Assembly (NCBI RefSeq): GCF_006345805.1
Contig: NC_043014.1
Coordinates: 38,874,001-38,938,000, forward strand
Length of the DNA: 64,000 nt
Reading direction: 5' to 3'
Origin: Octopus sinensis
Lineage: Eukaryota
Shown: piece by piece, positions 25,871 to 39,575 of the stretch
Numbering within the stretch: the first letter of the stretch is position 1
How the letters are laid out: each line of letters begins with the position of its first letter
The notes under the pieces: generated by a model
What the model was told of the DNA's origin: nothing
Databases searched by the model: none
What the model saw: the letters and a program-made list of their open reading frames with translations, nothing else
Made by a program: the position numbers and the translations under genes

Positions 25871-26184
25871 TATTTATCTCACGCACTAAACGCAATAAAG
25901 GGAAAAAAAAAAACATTTTAGGAACAGGTTTATTTATCAGAATTTAAGCAATGGAAGAAAAAAACAAATAAAAATATGACGAAAAATATAGAAATTTTAT
26001 GAAGTTTTATGGCTTTAGTCAAAGGACAGCATAACCCACAGATTGATATAAATGCAGGATTAAATATCTTGAGAATAACATCAGGTTGTGTTGATAAGTT
26101 GTCGGTGTAATTGTGGGTTTGTGCAATATCCTGTTTAGATATCTGTTGGGAAAAGATATTGAGTTCATCAGAGAATGTTACCTC

Positions 26185-26590
26185 TGTGTGGTAAGTAGCT
26201 TGCTTACTGACCACATGGCTTAGGATACAGTTCTACTGCGTGGCACCTTGGGCAAGTGTCTTCTACTATAGCCTCAGGCCGACCAAAGGCTTGTGAGTGG
26301 ATTTGGTAGACGGAAACTGAAAGAAGCCCGTCGTATATATGTATATATATATATGTGTATGTGTGTATGTGTGTGTATGTGTTTGTGTGTCTGTGTTTGT
26401 CCTCCCAACATCGCTTGACAATCTATGCTGGTGTGTTTATGTCCCCGTAACTTAGCGGTTCAGCAAAAGAGTCCGATAGAATAAGTACTAGGCTTACAAA
26501 GAATAAGTCCTGGGGTCAGTTTGCTCGACTAAAGGTGGTGCTCCAGCATGGCCACAGTCAAATGACTGAAACAAGTAAAAGAGTAAAAGA
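26185..26590 (+). mobile_element. SINE family B
   Basis: Matches the family B consensus. Confidence 0.85.
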
Positions 26591-26944
26591 ATAACACTGA
26601 TATACAGGTATTCTGCTCTGAGAGAAATTTATCTCATATCACCTTACTTCCATGATACTGAAATTAAGTGCTGAGTCTTAAAAGCCCTCAGTGATACTCG
26701 GGCAATATTATGGTGTACATTAATTGTTGTATAACTGCTTTGTTCACATTCTACCACTAGTGCAGCTCTATCTCCATGAGTCTTTCGGTCCAATGTACTT
26801 GGATTACAACACACCAGTTTATTGCTTGTATGTTGTAGTGAGCAACTCTCCTGCATCTTACACTCATTGACTAACGATCACTACCCTCAACGATGACAGT
26901 AACTTCCATCATTTAAAGCAAGGATCCTGTACACTCATCACCAT

Positions 26945-27380
26945 CATTTAACGTCTGCTTTCCATGCTAGCATGGGTTGGACAATTTGACTGAGCACTGG
27001 TGAACCAGATGGCGGCACCAGGCTCCAATCTGATCTGGCAGAGTTTCTACAGCTGGATGCCCTTCCTAATGCCAACCACTCCGAGAGTGTAGTGGGTGCT
27101 TTTACGTGCCTCCGGCACGAGGGCAAGTCAGGCGGTACAGGCAACAGCCATGCTCAAATGGTGTTTTTTACATGCCGCCTGCACAGGAGCCACTCCAGTG
27201 GCACTGGCAATGACCTCGCTCGAATGTTTTTTCACGTGCCACCGGCACAAGTGCCAGTAAGGCAACGCTGGTAACACTCATGCTCGAATGGTGCTTTTTA
27301 CGTTCCACAGGCATGGAAGCCAGTCAGCTGCTCTGGCAGCGATCATGCTCGGATGGTACTCTTAGCGCTCCACTAACACA
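26945..27380 (-). mobile_element. RTE 3' UTR fragment with tandem subunits
   Basis: Reverse complement of the RTE tail plus repeated TTTTTACGTGCC..GGCAC units. Confidence 0.75.
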
Positions 27381-27771
27381 GATGCCAGTCATCAAAATCT
27401 ATTATTATTCATTCATCTCTCTATATCTATATATATATTGTTTACTTATCTATTGGCTGATCTCATTCGTTTACTTGTACCACTTAAACATATGTTTGTT
27501 ATCATTCAATAAATAGATATAATGGAATCTTTACTGGCTGATGGATGTTTATTGATTTTATATCCTCTCCATTTTCTTACTTGTCTTATAAATCCCGGAT
27601 AAATTTCCAGCTTAACCCCACCCATACTTAGTATTTAATTGCAATATTGCCATGCAATAGTAAGCACTCGGTTAAAAATACGTAGATACACATCCAGTAG
27701 TATATTGGATATTTAGTATCCCTTAGATGGTTTATTCACCTCTTATTAATAGACATATATACATATACATA

Positions 27772-27807
<36 letters not shown>

Positions 27808-27965
27808 CAGGGGGAGAAGTTACAAAAAAAAAAACAAAAGACAAAGACAGGTGGCGTAGACAACAAACAGATGTATTAATTTAACACTTGGAAAGTGAAA
27901 ACGTCTTTAACATTTCGAGCCTACGCTCTTCCACAGAAAGGAAGACAGAAAGAAACAAGGAGAGA
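27808..27965 (-). mobile_element. PLE terminal-repeat-like fragment with hammerhead motif (27904-27941)
   Basis: Minus strand CCTTT-CTGTGGA-A-GAGCGTAGGCTC-GAA-ATGT-T-AAAGA; TA-flanked; homologous to 61880-62105. Confidence 0.65.
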
Positions 27966-28025
27966 AAATATATATATACATAAGAAGAAAAGAGTAATGG
28001 AATAGATAATGATAATAGATAATGG

Positions 28026-28084
<59 letters not shown>

Positions 28085-28338
28085 AGAAGAAAAAGATAAT
28101 GGAAATGAGGAAGTTAATAATTGTTTATTATTAACAGCAATTTAATCATTGTTCCTTACAATTGTTTCAATTAATACTCAGTAAATATTAAGTTTATATG
28201 ACCTGAGCATATCTTCAGCATACCCTTGGATTCTTTATATGTGCTTATGGATTCATGTATGTATGTATGTATGTATGTATGTATGTATGTATGTATGTAT
28301 GTATGTATGTACGTGTGTGTGTGTGTGAGTGTGTGTGT

Positions 28339-29218
28339 GAGGAATAATTCATGAGTATTTTTTAAATTTAAAAATGCACACAGAAATAAAATGCATTGGC
28401 AAAATGTTTCATGCTATTTAAAAGAGAATTTTTTGCTCTACAAAATAGTGTGTTTTGATTTTTTAATTTTTCATTAATTTTCTTGTATTTTCAAATCATA
28501 AAAATGGAATGTCAAGTGGACAACAGTTGCTTTTTGCATTTAATCAGGGTGTTAAACCCACTGAAGCTGTTCATGAGATTTGTGTTGTGTACAGAGAAGG
28601 AGCAATACCTCAAAGTACCACTCGCCGTAGCTTTTTGCACTTCATAAATGGAAATTTTTCACCTCAATGATAGATACACACCAGTCAACCAATTGAGTTC
28701 GATGAGCTTTGCCCATTGAGTGAAGGTGGTTCATCACCATTTTTTTTTTCACAATCCATCTGCTCCACCAATTCTCTGGTTGTTTGATGTGCCTTTTCAT
28801 GAAGAAATTGATTGAATTGGTCTTCATTGAATTCAATTGGTCGACCAGTGTGTGATCATCCTCGAGGTTAAAATTCCCATTTTTGAGGTGCAAAAACCAA
28901 TTGAGGGTAGTACTTTGAGGCATTGCTCATTCTCCATACACAGCACAAATCTCATGAGCAGCTTCAGAGGGCTTAATACCCTAATTAAATGCAAAAAGAA
29001 AATGGTGTCAAAAATGTTCAGTTTTGTCCACTTGACATTCCATTTTAATGATCTGAAAATACACAAAAATCAAAAAAAATTTTTAAATCAAAACACACTA
29101 TCTTGCAGAGCAAAAAAATTTCTTTCAATTAACATAATATATTTTGCCAATGCGTTTTATTTCTGCATGCATTTTTAAATTTGAAAAAAACGTTCATGAA
29201 TTATTCCTCAACCCAATA
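28339..29218. mobile_element. Mariner-derived fold-back element (two inverted 5' ends)
   Basis: Inverted arms of about 370 bp, each starting the transposase (ATGGAATGTCAAGTGGAC = MECQVD); minus arm reads ..EICAVYGE*AMPQSTTLNWFLHLKNGNFNLED (mariner HTH-like); TA at 29217-29218. Confidence 0.8.
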
Positions 29219-29237
29219 TGTATGTATGTATATGTGC

Positions 29238-29294
<57 letters not shown>

Positions 29295-29318
<24 letters not shown>

Positions 29319-29690
29319 GAATACAAAAAATGGGACAAGGATGCAAAACATCCAGACAGCAGTATGATACAAAAAAGGAACAAGAAAAAACACGGACGGG
29401 TCATTCAAAGTTTTCTTCCCTCAATTGATTCCCAGATTATCTTTGCAATTTTGGCTAGTTATACTTGAGATTGCTCCAATCTGGCCAGCCCCAAGGAAAA
29501 ACTAAGCTAAGAGTGCTAGATTCCTTTGAAGAAAGTAGCGAATGTATACAAAAACAAGGACAGAAAAACAGAAATGGTACACAAATACAAATGCAAATAA
29601 CAGGACATAACAACAGGTGTCTTTCGACTAAGGACAAATTAAATTAAGCTAGCGTGTGTGGAAATAAAGCCTTATGGTAGGGACATAGGA
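29295..29690. repeat. TA-flanked repeat family G, opposite orientation
   Basis: Reverse complement of the sequence at 47912-48350. Confidence 0.75.
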
Positions 29691-31138
29691 GATGACAGGC
29701 ATGGTGAGGAATATAGATGTTGCAAGGATGGTAGTTGAACCAAGAAAGAAAGGTCAGGCTTGGCTGAACACCGGTCACATGGAGAGAGAGGAGAGAAGTA
29801 GAGAGTGAGGGACAGAAGAATTAGGGAGGGACGAGGTCTTTTTGTCTGTGTTTGTCCCACTGCCTCCGCTTAACAACCAATGTTCATTCCCATAACTTAG
29901 TGGTTCACCAAAAGAGATTGAAAGAATAAGTACCAGGTTTTAAAAAAAACAAGTACTGGGGTCAATTCAGTCAATTAAATCTCTTCAAGGCAGTGCCCCA
30001 GCATAGCCACAGCCCAATGACTGAAACAAATAAAAGATAAAGAATAAAAGATATCAAAGAAGTGGTCTTGAACAACACCATTTTTACACATGGACATTAT
30101 TACACAGCTAAAACCCTGCAAAACACTGCTAATGCAAAGCCTCAGATTCTAAAATAAAATATCCAGTTTAATTTCGTGCCATCTGTGCGAAATTACATAC
30201 TTTAGATGCAAATAGTAATAATGGTTTTACATGAACAATCTGTCATGTCAAATAGAATTACACATATGAATACAAGAAATGATTGCTTACATTAATACAA
30301 ATGTAATGGAAAATTACTTTATAAAGATAATCATGCTTTTTTTTGTTTTTTAAATTAGTCATCAGAGCAAAAAAAAATGACATTATAGACTTAGCTTGCT
30401 GAAGTTTATTTTATATCGACAACAGTAATCATGTCACTGAATTATATTGAACTAAATTAAGCACGAGTGAAAACATTTAGTCAAGGCATTAGCATTGTTT
30501 TCAAATGCTGGATTGATGTGTCTGACTACCCCACTTCCCTCAATATTACTGGCCTTCTGCCTAAATGAGAAATAATTATTATTGTTGTTGTTGTTGTTGT
30601 TGTTGTTATCCCGCATGTGTAAGCAAAAGCAGGGTATTGTAGTCACTCTGTGTGTTTTCAAAATTACTGGAAAACAGCTGAATGGATTTTCACCAAACTC
30701 ATTGGATGAATGGCTCAAACTCATTAAATTTTGGCTTGATTATCCTCAAAACTGGCAGACAGGTGAATCAAAATGATTTGACTGTGCAGATTTTTTACAA
30801 GAGAATTTATGCGCACAGATAATCCTCTTTTAGTTAAACACTTACAAAGCTTAATTCAGTTCAATTAAACAGCATGGGCAAACAACATATTGTAAGCTAC
30901 ACTATAATTTGCAGAAAAATTTATCTGCACACAAGATATGTATCGCTCCAATACCTTTTTCTTCCATCATCATCATCATCATCACCACCACTAAGCATTT
31001 TGTCCAACTTTACATTCAGTGTTCAAATTCTGTCATGGTCAACTTTGCTTTTCATCCTTTTGGGGTTGAGTACTGGGGTCAACGTAATCAACTTACTCCC
31101 TCAGCTGAAATTACTAGCCTTGTGCCAAAATTTGAAAC

Positions 31139-31193
<55 letters not shown>

Positions 31194-31537
31194 GTCCTCC
31201 TGGGGCAACAAGCTACAGTAGCATCCACCCTTAAGGGTTAGCCACATTTAAGTGACAAATATACTTCACGATTGTTATTATTATTATTATTAATTAATTA
31301 ATTAAGGCGGCAAGCAGACAGAATCATTAGCATGCTGGGCAAAATGCTTAGCGGTATTTCGCTCATCACTACATTTTGAGTTCGAATTCCCTCAAGGTCA
31401 ACTTTGCCTTTCATCCTTTCAGAGTAGATAAATTAAGTGCCAATGAAACACTGGGGTTGATGTAATCAACAAGTCCCCTTCCCAAAAATTTCAGGCCTTG
31501 TGCCTTTAGTAGAAAGGATTATTTTAATTTTTATTAC

Positions 31538-31972
31538 CTAGGAGTGGCTGTGTGGTAAGTAGCTTGCTTACCAACCATGAGGTTCCGGGTTCAGTTCCAC
31601 TGCATGGCACCTTGGGCAAGTGTTTTCTACTATAGCCTAGGGCCGACCAAAGCTTTGTGAGTGGATTTGGTAGACGGAAACTGAAAGAAGCCCGTCGTAT
31701 ATATGTATATATATATGTATATATGTATGTGTTTGTGCATATGTTTGTGTGTCTGTTTTTGCCCCCTCCCCCAACATCACTTGACAACCAATGCTGGTGT
31801 GTTTGTGTTCCCATAACTTAGCAGTTTGGCAAAAGAGACTGATAGAATAAGTACTAGGCATACAAAGAATAAGTGCTGGGGTCGATTTGCTCAACTAAAG
31901 GCAGTGCTCCAGCATGGCCACAGTCAACTGACTGAAACAAATAAAAGAATAAAGAGTAAAGAGTAAAGAGTA
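31538..31972 (+). mobile_element. SINE family B
   Basis: Matches the family B consensus. Confidence 0.85.
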
Positions 31973-32383
31973 AGGTGGAGATCTTGTAGAATCATTGGTA
32001 AAAATGCTTGGCAGCATTTGTTTCAGCTTTTCATGTTTTAAATTCAAGTTCTGCGGAAATCAATTTTGCCTTTCATCATTTAGGACTTGATAACATAAAT
32101 ACCAGTCAATACAATTCACTAACCCTGCCCCTAAAATTGCTGGTCTTGAGCTAAAATTTGAAACAAGTATTATTATTTTTACTAGCTGGCCCCATGCCGC
32201 CAAAAATGACAGTTAATTGTAGTATTTTATATATAAATAAGGTACATAATAATCACAGGTACAAACATTCACATATATGCCTTGTACATATACATATACT
32301 CATAGAGTTGAAACACTGTTTCATTTTCTTTTCGGTGTTGAATGTCCACCATCCCACTTCCATTGCACACACACACACACACA

Positions 32384-32680
32384 GTGGAGGCACATGGCCT
32401 AGTGTTTAGAGCAGCGGACTCGCGGTCCAGGGATTGTGGGTTCGAATCTCGGACTGGACGATATGTGTGTTTATGAGCGAAACACCTAAGCTCCACCCAG
32501 CTCCAGCAGAAGGGAATGGCGAACTTCTGCTGACTCTTTCGCCCAAATTTCTCTCACTCTTTCCTCCTGCATCTTGCAGCTCACCTGTAACGGACCAGTG
32601 TCCTGTCCATGTGGGGAACCTATATGCCAAGGAAACCGGGAAACCGGTCCTTATGAGCCAGGCATGGCTTGAGAAGGAAC
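32384..32680 (+). mobile_element. SINE family C variant
   Basis: GGAGGCACATGGCCTAGTG head, GGTTCGAATCTC B-box. Confidence 0.75.
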
Positions 32681-33435
32681 AAACAACAAACAAAACACAC
32701 ATACACACACACACACACACAAATATTCATACGCCTCCCATTTACATACACAAACATATACTCACACAGAGTTGAAACGCTCCCACTACCAATTTGCCAT
32801 CACCCCTTTCTTTCTTATGTTGTGACTGAGAAAAACACAAGAGTATTATTATAGTAGATTATTATTCAACCTTGTGTCGACATACACTTATGTCATTCTG
32901 GAGTAATAAATTTTGCAACCAAATTATACTGCAACAACTTTTAATGAAGCATAACCTCTAAAAACACCATTTTTCTACTAATTAGTAGGCTTGTAGCAAT
33001 GTAAAAAATTAATCACTTCTTAATTGAACCTCTTAAAGCTTTAAATTCAAATTCTATCTAATGTGTTTTTGCATTTTGCGCTTCCAGAAATTAGAAAATT
33101 AAATACCAATCAAGTACTGGCATTTAATTGGCTATTTCAGCCAAGTATTTAATCATCTATACACCCATTCTTCAAAGTTTGTGATTTGTACTTGTGTTGA
33201 AAATATCAAACTGAGACTATAAACAGCTTGATTAAATACAGCCAGGTACTGCATGGTATCTTGCGCAAATGCCTTCCACTGTAGCCTTGAGCCAACTCAT
33301 GTCTTGTGAGTGGAATTGGTAGACAGAGAAATTCTATGGAAGGCTGCCATGTATATATATAACAGCAATGAGTTGGCAGAACCATTGGGGTATCAGAAAA
33401 ACACTTAAAAGTAATTCTTCTGGGCCATAAAGATA

Positions 33436-33527
<92 letters not shown>

Positions 33528-33530
<3 letters not shown>

Positions 33531-33834
33531 AGGCGCAATGGCCCAGTGGTTAGGGCAGCGGACTAGAGGTCTTAGGATCACGGTTTCGATTCCCAGACCG
33601 GGCGTTGTGAGTGTTCATTGAGTGAAAACACCTAAAGCTCCACGAGGCTTCAGCAGGGGGTGGTGACCATCCCTGCTGTACTCTTTCGCCACAACTTTCT
33701 CTCACTCTTTCTTCTGTTGGCCTGCTCGCTTAGCCAGCGGGGTGGCGTCATTTGAAGGTTAAAACAATGCGAAGCACATTGTGACCAGCGAGGTGTAGCA
33801 ACATCTGGTAGCCTGGTCAGTCACAGTGATCACG

Positions 33835-33835
<1 letters not shown>
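33528..33835 (+). mobile_element. SINE family C, tail type 2
   Basis: Family C head followed by CTGTTGGCCTGCTCGCTTAGCCAGCGGGGTGGCG.. Confidence 0.85.
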
Positions 33836-33902
<67 letters not shown>

Positions 33903-34219
33903 TCTCTTTTTCAGTTGTTAGACTATGGCCATGCTGGGGTACTGCCTTGAGGAATTTTAATCAAATGTATCAACCCTTTTGCTCTTTTACTTGTTTCAGT
34001 CATGTGGCTGTGGCCATGCTAGAGCACCGCCTTTAGTTGAACAAATCGACCCCAGGACTTATTCTTTGTATGCCTAGTACTTATTCTATCAGTCTTTTTT
34101 GCTGAACTGCCAAGTTACGGAGACGCAAACACACCAGCATCGGTTGTCAAGGCTAGGATATCAAAGGATACATGTTTCATCACTGCAAAAACTTTGCACG
34201 TAACATTGTTGTTCACACA

Positions 34220-34220
34220 T

Positions 34221-34267
<47 letters not shown>

Positions 34268-34820
34268 AGTATTAAAGCAACTTGGTTGAGACTCAAACAT
34301 CAATGCACACAAGTTTCATCACTGCAAAATAATTTACACATCATAACTTGGCTATGATGTGCAATATGAATGCACACACACATACACACACACACAGACA
34401 CGCACACACATACATGCATACATAAGTACAAGCACACACAGACACACTCACCACACACACACACGCACACTCACATACACAAACACACACACACACACAC
34501 ACACATACGCACACATTCACACACATACATGCATACATAAGTACAAGCACACACAGACACACTCACCACACACACACTCATACACACTCACATACACATA
34601 CACACACTCACACACATATACACATACATACATAAGTACAAGCACACACAAACACACTCAGCACACACACTCACACACGCTCACATACACATGTACACAC
34701 ACATAAACACACATACATAAGTACAAGCACACACAGACACACTCACCATACACACTCGCATACACATGCACACACAAGCACAAGCACACATAAACGCACA
34801 TAAACACACACACACACATA
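34220..34820. repeat. Compound (CA)n-rich minisatellite
   Basis: Recurring CATACATAAGTACAAGCACACAC units. Confidence 0.9.
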
Positions 34821-35413
34821 CAACCATCAAAGCAGACTGGTTTAGTCTTTCATCCCTAGGTAAAGGGGTCGATACTATTATCTTATTGATCCTCCCAATC
34901 ACTTCATTTAGCTTATATCCCTCTCTATTATACTGTGCCTCTCAACCAAAGAAACACTTCATCGTTTAATTTCACAAAATCACATCAGCTGACAAAGCTA
35001 TACAGACTCTATTTCCCAATCTGTTCTTTTAAAATAGAACCAAGCAAGGTGAGAAGCACATCTTGACATAGGATAGGATGCTAGTCAATGGCAGGTTTCT
35101 TTGTTTCTTTGAGATGTGCTGCAGCAGCAAGTTACAGCATAGAAACTGTGAGCTATCAGACTGCTACAGCAAACATCTAGCGACTTTCTCAGCCGACATA
35201 TAACTCATTCATTCAAATTCTGCTTGGTTTCATATTTAGTTTATTGATCATTATGAGAAGAAAAAAAACGAAAAAGGTTGAGTTGACCTTGGTAAGATTT
35301 ATCCTGAATTACATGGAATGGAGCACGGATCTGTATAATTTTTGTTAACCCAAATTTATGTTTAGTGGGGATTTTTTTCTCGTGTTATTTTTATAGTAGT
35401 AGTAGTAGTAGTG

Positions 35414-35712
35414 TGGAGATGCAATGGCCCAGTGGTTAGTGTAGCAGACTCGCAGTTGGAGGATTGCGGTTTCGATTCTCAGACCGGTCGTTGTGTGTGT
35501 TTATTGAGCGAAAACACCTAAAGCTCTACGAGGCTCCAGCAGGGGGTGGTGGCGACCCCTGTTGTACTCTTTCGCCCCAACTTTCTCTCACTCTTTTTTC
35601 CTGTTTCTTGGGTAATGCTGCAATGGACTGGCATCCCGTTCAGCTGGGGGGAACACATATGCCACAGAAACCGGGAAACTAGGCCCATGAGCCTGGCTAG
35701 GCTTGAAAAAGG
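35414..35712 (+). mobile_element. SINE family C, tail type 1
   Basis: Family C head plus the GCTGCAATGGACTGG..GCTTGAAAA tail shared with family D. Confidence 0.85.
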
Positions 35713-35747
<35 letters not shown>

Positions 35748-36039
35748 TGTGTGTGTGTCTGTCTATGTTTGTCCCCCCACCATCGCTTGACCAATGTTGG
35801 TGTGTTTACATCCCTGTAAATTAGCAGTTTGGCAAAAGTAACCAATAGAATAAGTACTAGGCTTACAAAGACTAGGTCCTGGGGTCAATCTCTTCATCTA
35901 AAAAACCGTTAAGCTGGTGGTCCAGGATAGCCATAGTCAGACAACTGAAACAAGTAAAAGAATAAAAGAATGCTTCTCTTAAGGACATTGACCACACACA
36001 CACACACACACACGTACACATAATATATATATAATAATA

Positions 36040-36205
36040 ATAAATAATAATAATAATAATTGTGTACAGTGCTCAGGTGCACTACAACTCATCTAAAGTG
36101 TATATATAATCAGGTGTAGTTTCGGCGGATTTCGGAAAGCATGAGGGCCTTAAAAGATGCAGTGTCATGGCAGTCAACAACTGACGCAGGCAGTTTATTC
36201 CATGC

Positions 36206-36210
<5 letters not shown>
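36040..36210 (-). pseudogene. CR1-clade LINE 3' end with (ATT)n tail
   Basis: Minus translation EAWNKLPASVVDCHDTASFKALMLSEIRRNYT* fits the WNxLP..VV..FK motif. Confidence 0.7.
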
Positions 36211-36277
<67 letters not shown>

Positions 36278-36304
36278 TAATATATATATATATATAATAT
36301 TATA

Positions 36305-36337
<33 letters not shown>

Positions 36338-36604
36338 ATATATATATAATATTAAATATATATATGTGTGTGTGTGTATGTGTGTGTGTGTGTATGAATT
36401 TAAAATAGAAACAGCTGTACATTGAAATAATTTTGTAGACACAACTTATATTCTACTTTGATGCTTATCTTCTTTTGTACAACAGTCGGAAAAATTCAAC
36501 TCATTTTGATGAGGAAAACAAATGAAAAGATGGATATGTGAAACCTATTTCAGAAAACAAAACAGATTGAATATATTTATTTTTCAAAAAATAGAATATA
36601 CATA

Positions 36605-37014
36605 GGCACAGGAGTGGCTGTGTGGTAAGTAGTTTGCTAACCAACTACATGGTTCCAGGTTCAGTCCCACTGCGTGACATCTTGGGCAAGTCTTTTATAC
36701 TATAGCCTCGGGCCGACCAAAGCCTTGAGAGTGGATTTGGTAGACGGAAACTGAAAGAAGCCTGTCATATATATGTATATATATATAAGTGTGTGTGTAT
36801 ATGTTTGTGTGTCTGTGTTTGTCCCCCTAGCATTGCTTGATAACCGATGCTGGTATGTTTACGTCCCCGTCACTTAGCGGTTCGGCAAAAGAGACCGATA
36901 GAATAAGTACTGGGCTTACAAAGAATAAGTCACGGGGTCGATTTGCTCGACTAAAGGCGGTGCTCCAGCATGGCCACAATCAAATGACTGAAACAAGTAA
37001 AAGAGAGTAAAAGA
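36605..37014 (+). mobile_element. SINE family B
   Basis: Matches the family B consensus. Confidence 0.9.
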
Positions 37015-38126
37015 GTATTGCATAAATGTAAAGTTTCGAAGTATGAAGAAGTTAGTATTAATAGTTGCTGATGTAGAGTTTTTTGGGGTTTTTTTAAAAA
37101 TATTTTTGTTAAAGATATGATTGAGGTAAAATATGAAGTCTTGAAGTGGAACATAATTTTGAGATTTGATATTGGTTTGTTTCAAAGAAATGTTAAGATT
37201 AGAGAGAATAACTTGTGTCAGATATTTGATATTTCATTGGCATTTAAACAAAAATTTCTGAGTTCAAATTCCGCCAAGGTCGACTTTACCTTTCATCCTT
37301 TCAGGGTTGATAAATTAAGTACCAGTAGAACACTAGAGGTTGATGTAATCAACACATTCCCTCCCCCAAAACAGCTGCCCTTGTGGCAAAATTTGAAACC
37401 ATCATTATTATCATTGAGTGAGAGAGAGCAGTGCATGCCATCAAAGTGACACTGGGGTAAAATATACGAAGACCAGTATACCCATCATGACTACCCATCT
37501 GATAAGAGTACACCAGGCACATACATCACAACCATATTCTCTTTTTCTTTCTTTCTTTCTTTAATTCTTCCTTCTTTCCTTCCTTTCTCTCTCTCTCCCC
37601 AGACCCCCTCTCTCTCTGATAGATTATGTGGTTCAACCCCAGCTCTACTTTATTTCAGCTGAATCACACCCAAAGGCATTCCAGCAGTGACCATCTTGTC
37701 TTACTATTTTCAGACATAATATTGCTGCCAAGGTAAACTTTGCCTTTCATCTTTTCATCCCAGTTGAGCACAGGGGTCAATGTAATCACTCATCTCCTCC
37801 CTGAAATCGCTAGCCTTGTACCAAAATTTGAGATCAATATTTTCAGACATAATATATCTAGGACTACAATGGCTAATGTATTCCATGATGGAATGGGTAT
37901 GATTGAATTGGAATGTCTCTGGTTATAGATTTGCTTCATCTTGACTGGTCTGATATTAACCTTTAATATGCTTAGGCACATTATGGCACTATAGAGTTTT
38001 CTCCCCTGTAGCTGCAGGTACATTGGCACATTGTCACATTGAGAAGGGAGAAAACTCAAATGGTGACATGATGCTCCTCCAGCATGCTATAGGTTAACAA
38101 CAACAATGCTAATTGTTTTTGTTTAA

Positions 38127-38346
38127 CCCTTTCATTACCAATACGGCTGAAACCGGCTCTGGCTCTGAGTACAAATGCCTTGTTTTCAAAAGTTCTGAAT
38201 TGAAATCCTCCACCAAACCTTAGTCACAATTTATGTTCCTAACACAAGCTTAATGATAACTAAGCTATTTTTCTAAATTCTTTGTTATATTTAAAATTAA
38301 TTGAAAGAAACACAGAGCATCTCAAAATAAACAAGTAATGAAAGGG
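38127..38346. mobile_element. piggyBac-type MITE
   Basis: TTAA|CCCTTTCATTAC...GTAATGAAAGGG|TTAA (12-bp TIR, TTAA TSD). Confidence 0.85.
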
Positions 38347-38754
38347 TTAAATGCTAATCTGTACTACAGAATATATCTATAGATTTTAGCCAACACCCTG
38401 TGTACAGACATCGATGGCAGTAATTCATTTATATGAGCTCTACATATGCCTATTTATATTACAAGAAGTGGCTATGTCCAGGTTGATCATTTAAATTATG
38501 CCTGAAGATGATGGGATACATATGATGTAATCTTTTATGGCTACATTGAATAAAGTTCTACCGGAAGAGCTGTCACAAATTTAAATGTTATTCATGTTTT
38601 ACAGTTTTATTCTTATGCCACACCAAGAATCCACCAGTGTGTGTCAGATCATTCATTATTAATTGGATTTGCTGTTCATATAATTACTGTATCCTATCAG
38701 AATTTGATGTCTACGATGTTGTATTATTTCACTGTCAGTTCTGTATGATTATAC

Positions 38755-39116
38755 CCAGTGGTTAGGGCAGCGGACTCGCGGTCATAGGATCGCGGTTTCG
38801 ATTCCCAGACCGGGCGTTGTGAGTGTTTATTGAGCAAAAACACCTAAAGCTCCACGAGGCTCCGGCAGGGGATGGTGGTGATCCCTGCTGTACTCTTTCA
38901 CCACAACTTTCTCTCACTCTTACTTCCTGTTTCTGTTGTACCTGTATTTCAAAGGGCCAGCCTTGTCACTCGCTGTGTCACGCTGAATATCCCCGAGAAC
39001 TACGTTAAGGGTACACGTGTCTGTGGAGTGCTCAGCCACTTACACGTTAATTTCACGAGCAGGCTGTTCCGTTGATTCGGATCAATCGGAACCCTCGTCG
39101 TCGTAACCGATGGAGT
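38755..39116 (+). mobile_element. SINE family C, tail type 3
   Basis: Family C body followed by TACCTGTATTTCAAAGGGCCAGCC..CGTCGTCGTAACCG. Confidence 0.8.
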
Positions 39117-39139
39117 GCTTAGAAGAAGAGTATGATTAT

Positions 39140-39350
39140 ACCTATTGCCATTCACCTCAGGCCCCCATAATCTCTTCTGTGAAGCTCAACATCTTGAGTG
39201 CAGTCTGCACCACTTTATTCCATGTCTTCCTAGGCCTTCCACATTTAGCGAATGACACTTCTTTATGCAAACCTCCTCATCCATCCACATCACATGACCA
39301 TACTAGTGCAATCTTCTCTCTTGCACCACATCTGATGCCTCTAATGTGCA
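39140..39350 (-). pseudogene. Degenerate RTE LINE C-terminus
   Basis: Minus translation contains GRPRKTWNKVV. Confidence 0.6.
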
Positions 39351-39575
39351 TGTGTCTTTGAGTTTGTGTTTGTCTCCCACCACCACTTGACAACAGGTAT
39401 CGGTTTGTTTATGTCCCAATAGCTTAACAGTCCAACAAAAAGAGATCGATAGAATAAGTACCAGGATTGAAAATAAGAACTAGGGTTGGTTTGTTTGACT
39501 AGACCCTTCAAGGCAATGCCCCAGCATGGCCACAATCCCAAACCTGAAACAAATAAATGATATAAGATGCATATA

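Noticed and set aside
38496-38580. Degenerate hammerhead (CTGAAGA...GGAAGAGCTGTC)
   Set aside because: Needs two or more corrections to reach GAAACAGCTGTC and helix I does not pair; at most a fossil.
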